From Candidatus Saccharimonadota bacterium (GTDB lineage: Bacteria; Patescibacteriota; Saccharimonadia; Saccharimonadales; Saccharimonadaceae): DNA of 64,000 bases. How positions within the stretch are numbered: the stretch's first letter is position 1; every line of letters begins with the position of its first letter. Made by a program: the position numbers and the translations under genes. The stretch spans positions 178,588 to 242,587 of the forward strand of contig JAFYAV010000002.1 of NCBI GenBank assembly GCA_017540545.1, given 5' to 3'. The notes below the pieces were generated by a model. That model did not search any database, was not told where the DNA came from, and saw nothing but the letters and a program-made list of their open reading frames with translations. Positions 28,448-36,303 of the stretch are shown here, piece after piece.

Positions 28448-29743
28448 ATGCAAAATACTATTCCGAGCAAAATTCTTTCAAAAATCCTAAGAGGAATAGT
28501 ATTATCTCTTGCGTTAGCCGTTATCGCCTTCGCTCAAGGCGCTAACGCAAAAACTACCGAAGAAAAAGCAAATTTCCGCAACGTCCAAGCTGGCAGCATG
28601 GGCCAAAATGTTCTATACAGAAGCGCACATCCAGCTCAACCCACCAAAAGCGGCAGCACCACTCGCGCAAGAGCAGCCAATAGGCTCGCTGAGCAACACG
28701 GCATACAGGCCGTCCTCAATTTAGATGACTCCGATTCTGACATCAAAAAAAATCTTAAAAAGCTTGACGCTACGCCGTCAAATTACTACTATGCAGCGCT
28801 ATACGAACAGGGCAAGGTTAGCCCATCCGGTATGTCTGGCCCGGATGGGAATCGGAATTCTTCTTATCGCAAAAAAATGACCAAAGCCGTTAGATTCTTT
28901 GCTACGCATGAGGGGCCATACCTGGTACATTGCGTGATTGGCCGAGATCGTACTGGAATAACCATAGAATTACTCTTAGGCCTAATGGGCGCATCTTACG
29001 ATTACATGTTTGATGATTGGGCTAAAACCGACCCAAACCTGTACGGCACGAGCGTAAGTGAAGCCAGAGAAAATGCGAGAAAGCGTCTAAATGCAGATCT
29101 CGGATTTATAACAGGGAAAAACCTAAAAGATAGCGAATGGAAAAAAGTCGACTTCCGATCATACGCCGAAAACTTCCTTAAAAAAGGCGGGATGTCATCC
29201 AGCGAGATCGCAGCGCTAAAGGCTAATCTATCAAAATCCTACACGACAGATGGGAAACTCACCGATGGCGGTAGCGGTGGTGGGGGTGGCGGAAGCAGTG
29301 GGGGCGGCGGAAGCGGTGGTGGCGGCAGCGGAAGCTCTTCCGGCGGGAATAATAATGGCAACAATTACGACAATGGACTGAACCCCGGCGTTACCGTCAA
29401 GCCCGACAGGGAGTCCAAGTGCACCACAATCCTCGATTCGTCATTGTGCGACGAAACAAACGGTGAAGAGAATATCATACACATACTCAAGTTCGTCATT
29501 AATACTTTTACGATAGGAGTGGCGACGCTAGGCACAATCGGCATTATTTACAGCAGCTATATTATCATGTCGTCGAGTGGCGATGAATCAAAAATCAGAA
29601 AAGCCAAAACTCGCATTCTCGAAATAGTTATCGGTTTCTTACTCTGGGCTATATTCTATGGAGCATTGAGCTTACTTATACCAGATGCCCCAAATATCGA
29701 GGAGGAATCGCCGAGCGAAACTACGGCTCTTGTAGTCAAATAA
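28448..29743 (+). CDS. Secreted protein-tyrosine-phosphatase domain fused to a two-TM pilin-like C-terminal module
   Basis: Signal peptide ...AVIAFAQGANA; NFRNVQAG and HCVIGRDRTG (CX5R) of the Y_phosphatase3 type; GGSGGGGGGSSGGGGSGGGGSGSSSGG linker; C-terminal Cys pair plus two TM helices resembling TrbC/VirB2-like T4SS pilins. Confidence 0.7.
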   Translation: MQNTIPSKILSKILRGIVLSLALAVIAFAQGANAKTTEEKANFRNVQAGSMGQNVLYRSAHPAQPTKSGSTTRARAANRLAEQHGIQAVLNLDDSDSDIKKNLKKLDATPSNYYYAALYEQGKVSPSGMSGPDGNRNSSYRKKMTKAVRFFATHEGPYLVHCVIGRDRTGITIELLLGLMGASYDYMFDDWAKTDPNLYGTSVSEARENARKRLNADLGFITGKNLKDSEWKKVDFRSYAENFLKKGGMSSSEIAALKANLSKSYTTDGKLTDGGSGGGGGGSSGGGGSGGGGSGSSSGGNNNGNNYDNGLNPGVTVKPDRESKCTTILDSSLCDETNGEENIIHILKFVINTFTIGVATLGTIGIIYSSYIIMSSSGDESKIRKAKTRILEIVIGFLLWAIFYGALSLLIPDAPNIEEESPSETTALVVK

Positions 29744-29746
29744 TTA

Positions 29747-30235
29747 CTATTTGCTCGTCAGCTCTTCGCGATAAGTTTTACCAGTCGTATAATTAATTGC
29801 CTCAACATGCGGCATTGCGTCGAGTAGGGCAATAATAGCCTTATCGGTTTCATCATTCTGCATCGACGACTTTGCCTTCTTCTTGTGCGACTCAACATGC
29901 GCCTTCTTATACACAATTCTCGTCACGCCGGCCTGCAACAAGAAACGCAGGCAGTCCACACATGGCGCATAAACCGAGTAGCAGGTGCAACCCGACAAAT
30001 CACGATGCGCAAAGATAATTGCATTTATCTCGCTATGCATCGAAAAATAGTATTTCATCGGACGCTCGGTTAAAGTAAGCTTCGACTCGTCCGCACCCTG
30101 AATCAAACCATTATAACCAAAAGAAACCGGTCGTCTTTTTTCGTCCACAATCACCGTACCGACTTGTGTTGAAGGATCCTTCGAACGCAACGCCACCGTT
30201 TCGGCAATTTTTAAGAAATATTCATCCCAATCCAT
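29747..30235 (-). CDS. dCMP deaminase (ComEB-type cytidine/deoxycytidylate deaminase)
   Basis: HSEINAI (H[AS]E zinc motif) and PCVDCLRFLLQAGVTRIVY (PCxxC). Confidence 0.85.
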   Translation of the reverse strand: MDWDEYFLKIAETVALRSKDPSTQVGTVIVDEKRRPVSFGYNGLIQGADESKLTLTERPMKYYFSMHSEINAIIFAHRDLSGCTCYSVYAPCVDCLRFLLQAGVTRIVYKKAHVESHKKKAKSSMQNDETDKAIIALLDAMPHVEAINYTTGKTYREELTSK

Positions 30236-30357
30236 ACTTCACACTCCTATTATTAATATAAATATAGCACCTTTGGTGTTATCGACAAAAACAAGCAAAA
30301 TTAGCAAAAAACAAGCTTATGCTTTCTTGCATAATTATGTATGATATTATATAGCAC

Positions 30358-32634
30358 ATGAGTAAAAATCTAGTTATCGTCGAGTCTCCCGCCAAAGCGC
30401 ACACTATCGAGAAATATCTCGGCAAGGACTTTACTGTTCTCGCTTCGGTCGGGCATATTCGCAAAGATACGAAGGTCGATAAGAATACTTTTGAGGTCAC
30501 CTACGAAGTTGATCCTGGGCACAAAAGTGTTATTACCGATCTTAAAAAAGCCGCTAAATCCGCTGACAAAATCTGGCTCGCAACGGATGAAGACCGCGAA
30601 GGAGAAGCCATTTCCTGGCACCTTTGCGAAGTACTTAAACTGCCAAAAGATACGGCTCGTATTACTTTTCACGAAATCACCAAATCCGCCCTCGACGCAG
30701 CTATTAAAAATCCGCGTACGGTCGATATGGACATGGTCGCCTCACAGCAGGCTCGTCAAACTCTCGATATGCTAGTTGGTTTTGATCTCTCCGGCATCGT
30801 TCGCAAAAAGGTTCCCGGCGCCATCTCAGCTGGCCGCGTCCAAAGTCCAGCCCTTCGTCTCATCGTCGAACGCGAGCAAGCAATTGAGAAATTCGCTAGC
30901 AAATTCAGCTATAAAGTTTCTGGCAACTTCGGCTTCGATGCTAAACTCGACCACGATTTCGACACCGAAGCTAATGCGCGCGCATTCCTAGAGAAGTTAA
31001 TTGGTGCAGATTTCGCCGTTGACGCTATCGAAAACACTCCGGGTACCCGCAAGCCAGCTCCGCCATTTACTACCGCATCCATGCAAATCGAAGCCAACTC
31101 TAAGCTTGGCTATTCCGCTCGTACTACGATGCAGGCCGCCCAGGCGCTTTATCAGGCCGGCTTAATTACTTATCACCGTACCGACAGCCTTAACCTAAGC
31201 AAACAGGCCATCGCTAGTATGGCTAGCTACGTTGAAGACAAATACGGCAAAGAATACGTTAAGGTTCGCAATTTCAAAACTAAAACTGCCGGGGCGCAAG
31301 AGGCTCACGAGGCAATTCGTCCTACCGACATCAGCAGGGAATCGGCCGGCAAAAATGATTACGAAAAACGTCTCTACAATCTCATCCGCAATCGCGCACT
31401 CGCCACGCAAATGGCTGATGCGCGCATTGAAACTACCACCATCACCGTAGCTACTCCGACCAAATATAAATTTGTCGGCAAGGGCGAAGTGGTCACCTTT
31501 GACGGCTTTCTGAAAGTCTATGGCCGCATCAAAGAAAACGAATTACCTCAACTCAAGGTTGGCGACAAGCTGAAGGCTTCCGTTATTACGGCACGCCAGA
31601 ACTTTGCCAAACCGCCCGCCCGCTATACTGAGGGGTCGCTCGTTAAAAAACTCGAGGAGCTTGGTATCGGTCGCCCAAGTACTTACGCTAGCATCATGAC
31701 CGCAATCCAAACTCGCGGCTACGTCGTCAAGGGCGAATCTGAAGGCGAAGAGCGCACCGTCGTCGAGCTCAAGCTCGAAAATGACCAAATCAGCAAAGCA
31801 GATGTCACCGAAAAATTCGGCGCCAACAAAGGCAAGCTCCTTCCTACTCCTATTGGCGAACTCATTTCTGGCTTCTTAGTTGATCACTTCAAGAACATCG
31901 TCGATTACAAATTCACTGCCAACATCGAAAAAGACCTCGACTTAATTGCCGACGCCAAGCTCGACCGCGTCAAAATGTTGCGCGACTTCTACGGTCCATT
32001 CAACAATGATGTGCTTGCTAGTGAAGGAATTGAACGCTACAATAACGCTCGCCTACTCGGCCACGACCCAAAGACTGGCAAACCTATTTATGCCAAAGTA
32101 GGGAAGAATGGCGGCTTCATCCAACTCGGCGAAAACGAAAAAGAAACCGGGGAAAAACCGCGCTTTGCGCCACTACCGAAGCGCAAAAGCGTCAAGACCG
32201 TCACGCTCGAACAGGCCCTGCAACAACTCGATCTGCCACAACTACCACGCACACTTGGCACCGCCAAAGATGGCGCCGAAATCATTGCTGCCGCCGGCCC
32301 ATTTGGACCGTACCTAAAAGGTGGCAAATATAATATTCCACTTGGCAAAGAATACGATCCATATACTATTACGCTCGAAGAGGCCGAACCGCTCTATGAG
32401 AAAAAACGCGATTCCTACATTGCCGACTGGGGCGAGATTCAGATTATCAATGGTGCCTATGGCCCCTACGTCAAAGGCCCCGGCCGTCGCAATTTCGTCC
32501 GTATCCCTAAAGACGTTGACCCAAAGACCGTCACAAAAGAGCAGGCAGAAGAGTATCTAACCAATAAACCGAAGAAGACGCGCCGCCCCGCAAAACGTCG
32601 ATCAGCGACAAAAAAGACGAAAAGCAAAAAATAA
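30358..32634 (+). CDS. topA: DNA topoisomerase I
   Basis: Toprim LVIVESPAKAHTIEKYLG, TDEDREGEAISWH, active-site region LITYHRTDS, basic C-terminal tail; 758 aa. Confidence 0.97.
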   Translation: MSKNLVIVESPAKAHTIEKYLGKDFTVLASVGHIRKDTKVDKNTFEVTYEVDPGHKSVITDLKKAAKSADKIWLATDEDREGEAISWHLCEVLKLPKDTARITFHEITKSALDAAIKNPRTVDMDMVASQQARQTLDMLVGFDLSGIVRKKVPGAISAGRVQSPALRLIVEREQAIEKFASKFSYKVSGNFGFDAKLDHDFDTEANARAFLEKLIGADFAVDAIENTPGTRKPAPPFTTASMQIEANSKLGYSARTTMQAAQALYQAGLITYHRTDSLNLSKQAIASMASYVEDKYGKEYVKVRNFKTKTAGAQEAHEAIRPTDISRESAGKNDYEKRLYNLIRNRALATQMADARIETTTITVATPTKYKFVGKGEVVTFDGFLKVYGRIKENELPQLKVGDKLKASVITARQNFAKPPARYTEGSLVKKLEELGIGRPSTYASIMTAIQTRGYVVKGESEGEERTVVELKLENDQISKADVTEKFGANKGKLLPTPIGELISGFLVDHFKNIVDYKFTANIEKDLDLIADAKLDRVKMLRDFYGPFNNDVLASEGIERYNNARLLGHDPKTGKPIYAKVGKNGGFIQLGENEKETGEKPRFAPLPKRKSVKTVTLEQALQQLDLPQLPRTLGTAKDGAEIIAAAGPFGPYLKGGKYNIPLGKEYDPYTITLEEAEPLYEKKRDSYIADWGEIQIINGAYGPYVKGPGRRNFVRIPKDVDPKTVTKEQAEEYLTNKPKKTRRPAKRRSATKKTKSKK

Positions 32635-32698
32635 AACCACAAAAAAGGCCGCGCAACACTTTCGCGCGGCCACTTCATACTAACGCCCTCCTACCATA

Positions 32699-33250
32699 TC
32701 ACAACATAGCCGTAAGCCGTTCGGCAGCATCGAGAACGCTATCTCTGGGATCCGTGAAGAACGCTGTGTCGCCCAGGCAGTACCAGAACCGAAGTCGGGA
32801 ACTGTCTGCCAATCGTGACAAATAGTGCAACTTCCACTCGCCCAACTCCGAACGTCCGCGTTTGCAGATACGGGTGCTATAGCGACTCCCGTAGAACTCG
32901 GGATACACCTCACGAGTCCTGAGACAAACGATATAGCTAGGCCGACCTTTCGGAGGAGTGATTTCGAGGTTCTCCTCCAAGCGCCATTCATCCCAGGTGT
33001 CCTTGTAGATTCGCACATAGCCCAACCTGGCCAGATCGAGCCTCCCGTTCACAAAGCACTCGCGATGCTTCTCCATCACCTCTTCGGGACTAAACGCCCG
33101 GTTTCCATTCCTCATGATTGCGAAACCATCCGGGTGACCGGGCACACGATAGACGAGCACGGCATACTCGACGCCGTCTTTCTCGACCAACGTCAACCAA
33201 TACTCGACTTTGCAAGACGTAAGTCTCCTCAAAAAGTTCTTTAATAACAT
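32699..33250 (-). CDS. Orphan hypothetical protein
   Basis: 183-aa ORF; GGAGGG SD; near-consensus promoter upstream; no recognisable domain. Confidence 0.65.
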   Translation of the reverse strand: MLLKNFLRRLTSCKVEYWLTLVEKDGVEYAVLVYRVPGHPDGFAIMRNGNRAFSPEEVMEKHRECFVNGRLDLARLGYVRIYKDTWDEWRLEENLEITPPKGRPSYIVCLRTREVYPEFYGSRYSTRICKRGRSELGEWKLHYLSRLADSSRLRFWYCLGDTAFFTDPRDSVLDAAERLTAML

Positions 33251-33288
33251 TTTTTATCCCTCCATAAAAAAGATATTTAACTTAGTTA

Positions 33289-33316
33289 ATTATATCATAA
33301 AATCATTAATATGCAA
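33289..33316 (-). promoter_or_regulatory. Near-consensus promoter of orphan gene 32699-33250
   Basis: Minus strand TTGCAT (33316-33311), 16-nt spacer, TATAAT (33294-33289). Confidence 0.6.
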
Positions 33317-33497
33317 ATTTACACTCGTCTGCGAAACACTCTCCGTTCCACCTGCCGAATATAGTAAAACCTAAAAATTTGTCAAAATACAAGCTCCGCA
33401 TCACAATTCCGCCTATGCTTATAGTCTTATAATATTTTTTCGAAGAATCGCCAAAAATGTAGTATAATAATTCGCAAGTGAAAGTAACATTTACTTG

Positions 33498-33526
33498 TTG
33501 ACAACATGTTGCATACATGTTATTAT
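33498..33526 (+). promoter_or_regulatory. Sigma-70-type promoter
   Basis: TTGACA (33498-33503), 17 nt, TATTAT (33521-33526). Confidence 0.6.
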
Positions 33527-33582
33527 ATTAATAGAACAAGCATTAACCTAAGAATAGACGGAGAAAAATAAGGAAACTCGGC

Positions 33583-34614
33583 ATGAACAATGCGGACACA
33601 ATTACTAAGGCTATTTCTAGTAGTCTGAGCATCATCGAACAAGAGCGTGAAAGGGAAATTATCTCTCGTCGGTTTGGGCTCAACGGGCACAAAGAGACTC
33701 TCGAGCAAATCGGCGAAATGTTATCAATCACACGAGAGCGCGTTCGCCAACTAGAAAAAGCGATTCTTATCCGTCTCCGCATTGCTGCCGAAGAAGGCAA
33801 AATTAGCGAACTTGCACCAACCGAAAAGTTAATGATTCGCAATCTTACTGAAATGGGCCGCGTAGCCCGCGCATCCGATTTGGCCAAAAAAATCCTCGGC
33901 CACGAACCAAGCGCAATAGAAAAAGCCAACTTTAGTTTCCTTGGCGAAATCTCTCCAGCACTTACTATCGTTCCAGAGAATGACAAATACCACAATGCCA
34001 TCGGCATTGCTGAATACGGCGACGAAAAAGCCATTCGCAGCAAAGTTGACGAAATTGTCTCCCTAATCAAAAGCAACAAAAAGCCGATGACTATCGACGA
34101 GCTCGACGAAAAGCTTAATTACGAGCATCCAAGCCATATCGAAGCTATTGCACATGTTAGTAAGCTTCTTTCTACTCTAAACGATCAATGGGGCCTCACT
34201 AAGTGGCCAACCGTTAATCCAAAAAACATTCGCGACAAAATCTACGTAGTGCTTGAAGAGCATAAAGAGCCAATGCATTTCAATGATATCGCAAAAGCTA
34301 TTAGCTCATCCGACTTCAAACGTAAAGATGTCACTGTCCAAGCTATCCATAACGAACTTATTAAAGACCCTCGCTTTGTCTTAATTGGTCGCGGCATCTA
34401 TGCGCTTGATAGTTGGGGTTACCAGAAGGGAACTGTCTCGGATATTATTACCAAAATTCTCAAGAAAGCCGGCGACGAAGGACTTTCGCGCAAAGAAATT
34501 GTCAAGCAAGTTCTCAAAGAACGCAAAGTTAAAGAAACTACCGTTCTGCTTAATCTTCAGAATAAAAAACTATTCACCAAAGTTGGCCGCGATAGCTACA
34601 AGATAGCACAATAA
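33583..34614 (+). CDS. Sigma-70 region-4-like HTH plus HARE-HTH DNA-binding protein
   Basis: ISRRFGLNGHKETLEQIGEMLSITRERVRQLEKAIL (sigma region 4); C-terminal IYVVLEEHKEPMHFNDIAKAI...FVLIGRGIYAL (HARE-HTH-like). Confidence 0.65.
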   Translation: MNNADTITKAISSSLSIIEQEREREIISRRFGLNGHKETLEQIGEMLSITRERVRQLEKAILIRLRIAAEEGKISELAPTEKLMIRNLTEMGRVARASDLAKKILGHEPSAIEKANFSFLGEISPALTIVPENDKYHNAIGIAEYGDEKAIRSKVDEIVSLIKSNKKPMTIDELDEKLNYEHPSHIEAIAHVSKLLSTLNDQWGLTKWPTVNPKNIRDKIYVVLEEHKEPMHFNDIAKAISSSDFKRKDVTVQAIHNELIKDPRFVLIGRGIYALDSWGYQKGTVSDIITKILKKAGDEGLSRKEIVKQVLKERKVKETTVLLNLQNKKLFTKVGRDSYKIAQ

Positions 34615-34629
34615 TAGCAGGGGGGAGCG

Positions 34630-35640
34630 TCAGCCGAGTATTTCTCTAGTCAGAGCTTCATTTTCAGCCGCCAATGCCTCTTCTTCGGCCATATTTCGAG
34701 GCACCCTCCCACTCATTGCACCGCCAGTAGCTAGCATATACCTAACGGCAGCTTCAACTCTATCTTCTTTGCTAGTCAGCCACTTTGGCAATTCGCCAAA
34801 ACGCATGCAATAATAATCCGCTAAATCATACAACTTTTCTTGCCCTAAGCCTTCCGGAGGCGACATATCACGCAGGCCACCTTTTTCGACAGTCTTCTTC
34901 CATTCCCGACATACAACTTCTTCTTTCTCGTCTTGCTCCATCTCATCATATAAATAGCTCAGCCATCTAGCATCATTCTCTCCCCGACCTAATGTATATT
35001 CCGATGCTACATCTATCCGCCCCTCCTTATCGAGACCTTCCGGCAATTCCCCCTTTGCTCTACAGTAAAAAACAGCCACCCTCCGCTGCGTCCACTTTCC
35101 TACGTTATCGGGTACTTTTTCGTTTTTTATGCAATAATCTCTCGCGTCTGCAAAACGCTTTGCTATCTCTGCGGCTTCTTCCTCGCTTAGTTCACCGCTC
35201 ATTAACATACGACCATTATCGCCATCACGATTGAAAGAATACATGAAACCAGACACCGCCGCACGCTCCATTCCAATCCTTAATCGCTCCTCCGCAGTTA
35301 ATCCCTTGGGCAACTTTAGACTTTCCGAACTATACTGAAAGGCAACCTGTAGCCGTTCCTCTTCACTTAAATCACTCGCCAGCTCACCACTCTTGCGACA
35401 GTATGCAAGAGCTTCTTCCTTCCTTTGTTCGCTATCATTTTTTTCGCCTAACCCAAGACGTTCTATTGACATTAAAACCTCTTCACCAAGACGCTCACTT
35501 TGAATATTGGGATCATAATCCTCCTCATTATCCACGCCTGTTTCCGTAGGCATATAATCTGGGTACGGTCCACTATATTCCGGATGGGGACCAATATCGA
35601 TACTGCGACTTCCGCCCGAACTCTCCCAACGTATTTTCAC
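34630..35640 (-). CDS. Hypothetical repeat protein (4 x ~45-aa Y-C-x3-G-E-L-P type repeats)
   Basis: GTG start overlapping the adk-like stop (GTGA); repeats AYCRKSGELASDLSEEERLQVAFQY / FYCRAKGELPEGLDKEGRIDVASEY / YYCMRFGELPKWLTSKEDRVEAAVRY. Confidence 0.6.
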   Translation of the reverse strand: MKIRWESSGGSRSIDIGPHPEYSGPYPDYMPTETGVDNEEDYDPNIQSERLGEEVLMSIERLGLGEKNDSEQRKEEALAYCRKSGELASDLSEEERLQVAFQYSSESLKLPKGLTAEERLRIGMERAAVSGFMYSFNRDGDNGRMLMSGELSEEEAAEIAKRFADARDYCIKNEKVPDNVGKWTQRRVAVFYCRAKGELPEGLDKEGRIDVASEYTLGRGENDARWLSYLYDEMEQDEKEEVVCREWKKTVEKGGLRDMSPPEGLGQEKLYDLADYYCMRFGELPKWLTSKEDRVEAAVRYMLATGGAMSGRVPRNMAEEEALAAENEALTREILG

Positions 35641-36266
35641 ACTGCGCTACCGTAATCTATTTTTATGTGCTCAGAAATTTTGTCATATTGCTTGCGCGGC
35701 ACTAACCCCCATTCACCCAAAACCTCGTCGATACGCTCAAGGACATCTTCCGGCGTACCCATGCCGTTAATCTCGCGGATTTGAACATTCTCCATACTCA
35801 GAGCCCGAATCATACCAGTAATTGCACGATCGTACTGGTCTTGCCGCCGCTCAATCGCAGCCCTTGTATCATCAATGCGTTTTCGCTCCATAAGCCGCTT
35901 CCATAATTCCCCATGCGGTACGCGCAAAATAATCGCACCAGTCAAGTTTCCAATTTCATGATTATCAATCAACCAACGCACCTGCCGGTAACTAGAAGGA
36001 AAGCCGTCTAGCACGACGCGCCCAACGCCCTTTGCGTGCGCACGGCGCACTACGTCCCCCATCAAACTATTCATCATTTCGTCATCTACGAACATCCCAT
36101 GCTCGAGAGCATACATAATATCCTTGTTTTGCATGCTCATTAACATGTCTCGCGAGGAATACCAAGACCAACCATGCTTGCGTGCAATCAATTCCCCCTG
36201 CACACTTTTTCCGCTGCCTGGAGCTCCAAATAAGGTAATCATAATTAGATAATAACACAATGTCAC
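35637..36266 (-). CDS. adk: Adenylate kinase family protein (short, no zinc LID)
   Basis: P-loop ITLFGAPGSGKS, SSRDMLM, VLDGFPSSYRQVRWL, RKRIDDTRAAIERRQDQY; the likely true start is the internal ATG giving MITLFGAPG. Confidence 0.6.
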   Translation of the reverse strand: MTLCYYLIMITLFGAPGSGKSVQGELIARKHGWSWYSSRDMLMSMQNKDIMYALEHGMFVDDEMMNSLMGDVVRRAHAKGVGRVVLDGFPSSYRQVRWLIDNHEIGNLTGAIILRVPHGELWKRLMERKRIDDTRAAIERRQDQYDRAITGMIRALSMENVQIREINGMGTPEDVLERIDEVLGEWGLVPRKQYDKISEHIKIDYGSAV

Positions 36267-36303
36267 CTCAGTAATTTCAATACTTTTATGCTAAAATAAA
36301 AGC

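Noticed and set aside
23982-33250. Claiming the three antisense orphan genes are horizontally acquired on the basis of higher GC content
   Set aside because: By eye, their GC content is not clearly different from neighbouring housekeeping genes. Only amino-acid composition and orientation stand out, so no compositional HGT claim is made without a proper calculation.
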